Below, piece by piece: positions 51,917-64,000 of a DNA stretch of 64,000 nt. The notes below the pieces were generated by a model. It was not told the origin of the DNA. It was given only the letters and a program-made list of their open reading frames with translations, and made no database searches. The stretch is from positions 930,001 through 994,000 of the forward strand of contig MCFH01000007.1 in assembly GCA_002104945.1 (NCBI GenBank). Reading direction: 5' to 3'. A program made the translations under genes and the position numbers. The stretch's first letter is position 1. Each line of letters opens with the position of its first letter. The stretch comes from Piromyces finnis finn (Eukaryota > Fungi > Neocallimastigomycota).

Positions 51917-54900
51917 ATGTCAGTCCTTTATATTAAAGACAAGAATTATATCAGACGTGGTACCCGGTCTTATGGTATCCCCTTAGATGATATTCGCTCC
52001 TTCTTTATCCGTGGTATTCGATCATGGTCAGTAAATATGCTATGGGAAAAACTCGAGGTTATTCTAGAAGATAAATTTAATTCAGTTATTAGTGTTAAAT
52101 ATTTTCAAACTTTCAATGATCACTTTTTCTTAGTCAAGGTTCATGGTTCATCAAAAGATTGTATTAAAATCTTACACATGTTAAAGAAGAAACTTTCAGT
52201 TACCTCAATTTCCTTTTCAGCTCGTAGTAGAAGGAATCACAAATACACTTTTTCCACTCTCAAACGTAAAATTTTAGTTTCTAATAAACATCAACATTCT
52301 ATTCAACAATCATTTCAACAATCAGTTCAACAATCTCATCAACAATCCGATCTTCAACAAGATCTTCAACAAGATCTTCAACAAGTTTCCCATCATGAAA
52401 ATATTCCAGATCTACAGCAAACACAATTTCAATCTCAACATTCAACAATTAATTCTAATAGTTCTATCAACTCTGATAACAGTTCAATAGTTGATAGTTC
52501 TTCAGCTTCACAGCCATCTAGTAATAGTTCTACTTATTCCTCTGATGCATCATCCATTAATAATGATGACTTTAATAATAGTAATAATAGCAACGATTCT
52601 TCCTCATCCTCATCCAACAAGCCTGATAACTTTTCTTTTTGTCTTAGTTGGAACACCAATGGGTGGAATCACGAAAAGAGAGATAGTATTAGCTATTTCA
52701 CAGCTATTTTCAAACCATTATTCTTATGTTTCCAAGAAACTGGTAATGGTTCTGGATCGAATACAGATTATCCTTGTCGTGTTACTTTGCGAAACTATAG
52801 ACACTTTTTCAAGAAAGCTGACGAATCAGTTCCGGGAATGAGAGGTTTATATTTAGGTTTTCACAATTTGTGTCAAGCCTCACTTGAAAACTTCTCTGGA
52901 AAGTATATTATTTCTATTTATACTTTTAGTCTCTGGAATAGATTCAAATGCTCGATTGGAAATGTTTATATGCCTCATAGTCATCACAACATCTATGTTG
53001 ATCATGCAAAGTTAGAAGTTCGCTTGTGGTTACAAACTCATTCATCCCATCCATCGATTCTTGTTGGTGATTTTAATATGTCTAAAGTAAAATTATCCAA
53101 CTGGTTATCAACTAATGGATTAGGAGATTGGGAAATTCTTCCGCTTAGAGGGTCTACTATCTCTTGGACTCGAGGTGATCAATCTTCCGACATTGACCAT
53201 GCTCTTATCAATTCGAAGATGAAAGATCTTATTCACTCAGGATCATTTATAAATAATTTTTATCCTGTATCAGACCATAAGCCACTTCTTATTAATGGTA
53301 AAATTATTCCTATGGATGATTTTTCTAATGACTTTAATGTTCCTAAGAAAATTCTGAAATGGAATAGATTAAAATGTATTGAGGAAAAGGAATCTATTCT
53401 TAGTCATAATAAATTTCAAATTCTTTCAGCAAAATTCAACGATCCTAATGTTTCTACAGATGAACTTTCCAAAGAGTTTACTTCAACTGCTTTTTCAATT
53501 GCAGACGAGCTCAGTATTACCTCAGCAAATAATGTTATAAAGTCTTCATTTCATATTTCACAACAAATTTTTAATCTCCAAAAAATCAAAATGAAGTTGT
53601 ATAAGAGATTTAAAAAAGAAAGAATTTATGATATAGATGAATTTATTAAAAGAATTAAAATCTACCGTAAACTCATTGATTACATCCACAAAAGATGTAA
53701 TGAATTTAGGAAGCAAGAATATCTTCATTGGATTAAAACAGGATGTGAGTATATGAAGAGTCATAATCCTAAGAAGGCCTGGAAATGGATCAAGAAAACT
53801 GCAAAAATTGGAAAAGATTCTTTCTTTATTGCTCAACCAATTAAAAATAAAAATGGAGAATTAGTTGTTGCTACGGAAGAACAACTAGAAGTGTGGCATG
53901 ATCATTTCGAAAATCTTGCATCAGATCCAAGTGGTGTAAGTCTTGATTTGGAGCATTGGTATGAAGAACCAACGAATAAACGTTTTTCACTTCCTATGCT
54001 TGATGAGTGGGATATCAACCAAGATATTAGTATTGATGAAGTCAAGTCAGCTATCCTCTCTACTCCAAATTATAAAGCATCAGGTCCAGATGGTATTCCA
54101 ATTGAATTTTACAAAGCATTAATTCCATCAAGTAATGATTCTAATAATGCTACAGGTAATAATTCTTCTGGTAATACTACTTCAGATAATGATGCTCATG
54201 GTTTAAATTTTATTCTTAAATTATTTAACCGTATTTGGGATGGAGATTTCCCCAACTCATGGAATGAATCCAGTATTGTTTCTATTCCTAAGAAGGGAGA
54301 TTTGACAGATTGTGATAACTATCGAGGTATATCACTTATCAATAATGGTATTAAGTTGATTTCCAAAATTGTCACCACTAGAATCTCAGAATATGGTTTA
54401 AAGAATAATTTCATTAGACCTGAACAATTTGGTTTTCGAAAAAAGGAAGAAAGTATCAGTCTTTTCATTTCAATCCAAGAAATATGCCGTAGACGTCAAT
54501 TAGATAATAAAGAGACATATTTGGCCTTTTTAGATCTCAGGAAAGCATACGATTCAGTCCCAATCGGTAATATTCTCCATAAATTAGATTGTTTAGGAAT
54601 CCGAGGTAAGAGTTTACAATTCATCAAAAATATATATTTAACATCTAAGGCTAATGTCAAATTAGATGGACAATTCTCGAAATCTTTTGATGTGAAGAAA
54701 GGAGTCCGTCAAGGTTGCCCTCTTTCTCCTATTCTCTTTAATCTCTTTATTAATGATATATTTAGAGAGTGCGAAGATCTAGGAGTCAGTTTAGGTGACA
54801 CTCGATGCTGTGGTGGACTTTTTGCAGATGATATAGTTATTTGTGCTCCAACAAGAGGATGCTTAAAAAAGATGCTTAGAAGAGTTAATGAATGGGCATT

Positions 54901-56461
54901 GTATAATGAAATGGAATTTGGTATCCAGAAATGTTCAACGATGGTGATTCGTCCTGAATCAATAGAAAATCAGAACAAGAGAGATCCAACATTTTACTTA
55001 GCAGGACAACCCATTCCAACTACTGATTGTTATACTTATCTTGGTGTTCCATTTGATAAGAATTTGTCCCTTAAACCAGTAATTAAAGCTCTTAATAACA
55101 AGGTTTTGAAATGACTATTCTCAGTCAGTAAATTCTTAAGAAATCCTAATATTCCTATTCCTTTCAAAAAACTAGTACTTAACTCACAAGTAATCAGCAG
55201 AGTTTCATACTTTGCATCATTATTTGGATCCAACAAAGCTAGGTCTAGGATTGCTCAGAAGCATGTTAACAAAGGAATACGATGGGTTGCCGGAGTTCAT
55301 AAAGCTGTATCGTTTATATCTTTATACTCTATCTCAAAAGATTTGAATATTCCTCCATTGTCAGCCAAATGTGCGTTAGCTCAGGTTAGATGTTTTAACA
55401 AATGGAAAAACTCAAATTGTATTATCTCACACCTTGTCAATTACATTCCTAAATTTAGAAAATACACGTGGTGCAAATCAAGTAGGACACTTGATAAAAA
55501 ACTAAAGAAACATGGAGATGTTAAAGCAGTTAAAAACTTTTATTGGAAAGATCTCAAAGGGAATTCAATCAAAGCGCAATATTATGATGACAATAAATTT
55601 ATTGAAACTAAAGATTTTATTAAATTATGTTATGAGTACCCAGAGTTTGCCTATGGCTTCTACTGGCTATTGAAAGCAAGAAGCGGATACAAGTTGGATG
55701 CTAGAGTTGCCAAAGCTGCCAAATTTGTTGATCCAGTTTGTCCTAACTACTGTCCATGTTGCAAGTGTGGTGTTCAAAGTATTAAACATTGGTTATTAGA
55801 TTGTCCAACATTTAGAGATATCCGTATTAAACATTATGATTCTCTAGTCTATCTATTAAATTTTTTCAGTCAACGTAATTCCAATAGTCCTATCAATAAT
55901 AATGAAATTGATAATGTCAGCAGAGATAGCAATAACAGTAATAGTAATAGTAACAATAGTAATAATAACAATAGTAATAATAACAATAGTAGTAATAGTA
56001 ATAATAGAAATAGTAATAATAACAATAGTAGTAATAGAAATAATAATATTAGTAATGATAGCAATAGTGAAGATAATAATTCTAATTTAGATAGTAATTT
56101 AGTTAATGATAGTAATAGTTCTAATAATCCGGTGAATATTAATGTGTATGATTATTCTAGTGTGTGCAGTAAAATATTTAAATTCCTTCTTGGGGGAAGA
56201 AGTTTTAACAATATCAATTACGATTCAAGGGAATGGAAAGAACTTTGCAAGTGTCAGATTCAATCTGGTACTAATGAAGTAACACCATTCTTGACGGTAA
56301 CCGCGGAACTTCTAACCAAAATCATGCCTTTTGCTATTGGCCAGCAATGGTCAATGTTCCAAAGGTTTGAAGCAACATCCAAGAGCGTCGATGCTGAAGA
56401 AACAGTAAGACAGGCCAGGAGGGCCAGCGCAACCAATGGAGATCATAATTTTGTTCCATGA
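51917..56461 (+). pseudogene. LINE ORF (1515 codons) with a single in-frame TGA at 55112-55114
   Basis: WNTNG, FQETG, VGDFN, VSDH (APE); ASGPDGIP, YRGISL, QFGFR, DLRKAYDSV, GVRQGCPLSP, FADD, YLG (RT); CPCC..HWLLDC; frame continues past the stop into the 55343 ORF. Confidence 0.93.
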
Positions 56462-56700
56462 CAAAATTTTGATCTTTGGCTCGGTGTCCCATTGGAAGTC
56501 AAATACAATTATTATACTTTAGTATGATAGTGGCTTTCTTACTTTAATTAAAATTACTAGAATACATTATACCCAATTTTTATTCATTTGTGTTTATTTA
56601 AACATGTTTTTTTTTTATTTTATTTTTATTTTTAACTTTTTATATTACATGTATTATAATTTTAATTAAATTAATAATAAAGTTTAAAATATTTGATGCC

Positions 56701-56745
<45 letters not shown>

Positions 56746-56746
<1 letters not shown>

Positions 56747-56823
56747 ATGAAAATATTCCAGATCTACAAAAAGCACAATTTCAACCTCAACATTCAACAA
56801 TTAATTCTAGTAGTTCTATCAAC
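56746..56823 (+). repeat. 78-bp fragment of the LINE N-terminal coding region (matches 52394-52471)
   Basis: About 5 mismatches; directly follows the poly(A) tail. Confidence 0.85.
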
Positions 56824-56929
56824 CTTATTCTCATTACATATTCAACTAATCTTAAATATTAGTTACCTTTACCACTTAAATAACATAATATTAATTTACA
56901 AACTTTCTGATTGTGTAGTATTTAATATT

Positions 56930-58900
56930 TTGAGAATACATTTGATTTTATTTTTATTTTCATAGCTTATATAATCAATTGTTAATCAAGCTTGTACTTA
57001 TTCTTTCATGTTCTCTTATTCTTTCATTTTTATAGTTTGATTGGTTAGATAGATTTTTTTTCTGTTAGTTTATAATTTCTTCCATTATTTCTTGAGTTTT
57101 TGTTGTGGGGTGCGGCTATCATTACTTTTAATCACAATTAACCTTTTTATTTTTTCTCTATTTTTATTTTTTATTTTTTTTTTTTGAAGGGCGCTGCTTT
57201 TTTTTATATATATGGTTTTTATATGATTTCTAGTAATGTCTTCTTTATTTTTTTATTTTTTTTTTTTTTTTTTGAAACTCCTGATTTTTCCAAGGAATCT
57301 CTTTTTACTAACATTCTTTTGTTTACTTTTTCTATCTCTATTCTATATATCTTTTATACTGTATAAACGTTCTATTAAATCCACCACTGGTCCACTCTCT
57401 GACGATTTCTACTTTAGTCACTTAAATTCTAATGCTTCCTTTTTCAACTTATGTACTTGCTGGAATATCAATGGTTGGAATCCGGAGAAAAAGGACAGGA
57501 TTTTTTACTTCACTTCAATTTTCAAACCTGTATGTGTTTTCCTTCAAGAAGTAGGTAACAGCCAATTCCTTTGTGGTAATGTAATTTCTTCTCCTTTCCT
57601 ATTGGGAAAGAGTCTTCCATTTCAATCATATTAATCGGATAGGGATATTAATGGTTCTATCTCTATTGAAGAAATTAGAAATACTGTTCTGTCAATAAAG
57701 AATAATAAGGCACCAGGTCCCGATGGTATCCTAATCGAATTCTTCAAAGCTTTCTTTTGTAACGAAGAACTAGAAAAAGAATATAAGTCTGCTGGAAACT
57801 GTCTTAAATTAATTTTCAATAAAATCTGGAATGGTTCCTTTCCTTTGAAATGAAACTCTGCTTCCATTGTCTCTATTCCAAAGAAGAGTGATCTTTCAGA
57901 CTGTAATAATTATCACTTATGTTGCTTTTCTTGACCTTAAAAAAGCATACGACTCAGCTCCTATTTTTAATATCCTTACAAAGCTATATAAATTAGGTAT
58001 ACGTGGTAAGTGTTTTGATTTTCTCAATAATCTCTACTCTACCTCAAAAGCTCGTACACGTTTCTTGGATATGCTTTCTAATGAATTTCCTATCAACCGT
58101 GGTGTAAGACAAGGATGTCCTCCCTCAGATATACTAACAACAAATTCCTTAATTCAAATCGCCTAATGCATATCGGTCTTAACAAATCTCACTTAAATTT
58201 AGGTATTACTTGGATTATTCGTATTCGATACGGTTATGAAAACACTACCAGAATCGCTATTGCCAGTAATAGAGTTACATCTCGTGTGTATGTCCATGTT
58301 ACGGATATGATGAACAATTTTTTTGTCATTGGATTTTAGAATGACCTGCATTCTTTGAATACAGAACTTCTTCACTTACCCTTCTTGACGATCTTTTTAC
58401 TCTTTTTCAAAATAAATACAATAATCACATACTCCTTGAAATGGAAGTAAGAAAACAATTTATAACTATATTTTTACGTTCCTTCTTGGTGAAACTTTAG
58501 CTTATGATGAGTTACAAATCGATAAGGCGGAACAAAGACATTTGAATGAACAGCTTTACAGTTCATCGGGTTCTCATGTTCCATATGTAGAGGGTCTTGC
58601 GACTTTTCTTACTAAAACAATCCCTATCATTAGTAGCTCAATGAAGCTACTTTTTAATAGGTTTAGTAAGACACCTAACGTAATCAAGAGCGCCGATGTC
58701 GTACCGATATGGCAAAGGAACTTCCTAATGTTCCATACATAGGGCTCAATGTTAGTATTTCTTCGAATGAAAACATTATGAACTCATGGGAGAGTTTAGT
58801 GGACACCACACTATCATACCTGATATTACTTTTCTTTTCATTTAATTTATTAGGTAGGGACCAATCCCACACAGTACGAATTGCAGAGTTCATTGAACTT
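56930..58900 (+). pseudogene. Decayed, multiply deleted LINE of a related subfamily
   Basis: Collinear scraps: CWNINGWNPEKKD..FLQEVG; KAPGPDGI; DCNNY; FLDLKKAYDS; GVRQGCP; WIIRIRYGY; LATFLTKTIP; 5' UTR shared with 15400-15640. Confidence 0.85.
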
Positions 58901-59699
58901 TTATGCAATTTAAATAATTATTTTATTTTATTTTATTTATATTTCATCACTTTTATTTATTATTTACTATATCAATATGTATTATCACCTAATATAATGT
59001 AAAATCACAAATTAAGCAAATAAATAAAAGTGTATTATCTTCCTAGTATAAAAAAAAAAAAATGCTATGAATCAAAAGTAGATCGTCTTTTCTTCAGAAT
59101 GTAGTTTTTAACAAGCATTATTTGTTAGAGTAATTATTTACCATAAAACATTAATAAAGTTAATACTATGTAAAACTGAGGTTTTTCTAACAACTTAATT
59201 TTTTTCTAATATTATTATTTTTTTTTTTTTTTTTTTTTTTAATATAATTCATTTTTAACTTTTTAAGGAGAAAATTAATGAGAAAATTAATACTCATTAC
59301 TATTGAAATAATAAATATTTTAAATTAACCTAATTAACCTAAGCAAGCAACAGGAGTAGTCTTTTATTATAATTTATTAAATTAAATTAAAACTAGTTAA
59401 AATATGCCAATAAATATTATTTATGCTGATTAATCAAGAAAAAAAAAACTCAACTTTTTAAAATTAATTATATTAATATTTTATATGTAATTTTTATATA
59501 AATTTTCTTCTTTAATTACTATATTTACTATAAACTTTTTTTTTAAAAAAATAAAAAAAAAAAAAAAAGTACATAATAAATGTTTATATATTATCATTTA
59601 ATTTTATTAAATAAAATAATAATTATAAAGAAATATTAGTATATATAATTTAATGAGTAAATGAATAAATAAAAATTTTTAAAATTGCTTCTTTATTTC

Positions 59700-59960
<261 letters not shown>

Positions 59961-60110
59961 GTTATTTGAGTGTATGTATATTTCTTTTTATTATTATTAA
60001 AATTATAATTATCTTTATTTTATTTAACTTTTTTTTTAGAAATAGTCAAATAAAAATAAAGATTTTATCACCACCTCACTTTACCATCATTAATAAGGAA
60101 AATAGTTATC

Positions 60111-62697
<2,587 letters not shown>

Positions 62698-62716
62698 ATT
62701 TTTAATATAAATATTG

Positions 62717-62763
<47 letters not shown>

Positions 62764-63010
62764 ACGTTTATAAGGATTAATTAAATAAAATATATATTTA
62801 TTATATTTATTTATTAATTTTTCTTTTATTTATTTGGATATCTATAAAGTTTAAAAATAAGTTCTTTATTGTATTGATATTGTTTAAAATGTGATTTTGT
62901 AAAATTAAAAAAGAAATAAAAATAAAAGTGATATATGTATAAATGTTTTAACACTTCTTATCTTTTTATCCTGTTATTATTACTATTATTTATTGTTGTT
63001 ATTAATATTG

Positions 63011-63045
<35 letters not shown>

Positions 63046-63244
63046 GTACTACTACTTTTCTTTGATAAATTGGAATATTATTATATTGATTTTTCTTAAA
63101 GTAATACTGATTTTAATTATTATATCTATTATCAATGGCATTCAATTATAATAACTATATAAAAATATATTCCTATTATGAATAAAAATATATATAAAAT
63201 GTATTTTATAAAAACAAAATGGTTAATAAATGTATTTATACTAA

Positions 63245-63283
<39 letters not shown>

Positions 63284-64000
63284 TCTATATATTCTTCGAA
63301 TTAAAATTTCAAGATTTTTAAAGCAAATAAGTATTATTAACAAACGATTTAATTTTAAATTGCATTAAAAAATTGTATTTGTACTATTGTTATGTTTACA
63401 TAAATAGGTATATGGCAATTTTTATTAAAACTATAATACACATAGGCAATAATAATTTATTGGATTTTATAAAAAATTTTTCTTTTTTTTTATTTTAACA
63501 ATTACATTGATACAAATGCTTTTCTTTTTTCTCTTTTATCAATAAAATAATGAATTATTATCAAACAGAATATAAGGAATAAAAAATCATTATAAATATA
63601 TATATGATGATAATTAGTAACAGTAACAATTATTCAATTATTATTAAATTTATATATCTTAATAATAATAAAAAAATATATAAATGTATATATATGTCAA
63701 AAGGTGACAAAATATAAAAGAGATTTCCATGTACATATGTATGTAGTGAAGTGTAGTGTATTATGGACCAAAAAAAAAGAAAAGAAAAAATAAAAAATAA
63801 TTCCAAATAAAGTATTACAGTAAAAATTTCATAAATTTGAGCCTTTATTTACCTAATAATATTTAAATATATAAATTGCTGTTGCTAAACTTTGATATAT
63901 TGTGAAAATTATTTACTTTTTTTTTTTTAGTTGTTGTTGTTTTTGGCGTTATTGTTTGAAATTACAAAATCTTATATTAGATTCTTATATTTTTGTGTTA

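Larger units (their letters stand above)
51026..56745 (+). mobile_element. Near full-length non-LTR retrotransposon (LINE; single ORF, APE + RT + CCHC)
   Basis: Structured 5' end, ~770-bp 5' UTR, long ORF, ~240-bp 3' UTR, A42 tail at 56704-56745; no TSD found. Confidence 0.9.

Noticed and set aside
55112-55114. TGA readthrough or selenocysteine recoding
   Set aside because: No supporting signal; a single nonsense substitution is simpler.

Overview
Extremely AT-rich eukaryotic DNA with short GT-AG introns and intronless bacterial-type genes. This fits an anaerobic gut fungus (Neocallimastigomycota), which is an inference from composition and gene content. Bases 1-12.3 kb are a nest of Ty3/Gypsy retrotransposons: a + strand pol with an open frame, a decayed - strand gag-pol, and five solo LTRs that each have TG...CA ends and an exact 5-bp target-site duplication (TSD). 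One solo LTR sits inside a sister LTR in opposite orientation. The - strand element has no tRNA primer-binding site. Instead, an 11-nt sequence next to its 5' LTR is the exact complement of an 11-mer conserved in four LTR copies, the signature of Tf1-type self-priming. A second LTR family carries a ~53-nt RNA stem structure with compensatory base changes. Bases 13-50 kb hold host genes: an acyltransferase-3 and a GNAT (both bacterial-like), two paralogous small membrane proteins, DDB1, an Erf2-like DHHC palmitoyltransferase, Sin1/Avo1 and an Sbp1-like RRM-RGG-RRM protein. A near-intact single-ORF APE-RT LINE (51.0-56.7 kb) has a hairpin-rich, tandemly duplicated 5' end and is flanked on both sides by fragments of itself. 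Two decayed LINE relatives, long (ATT)n microsatellites and a ZZ-zinc-finger/EF-hand gene complete the window. All alignments and folds were done by eye, and exon boundaries and percent identities are approximate.
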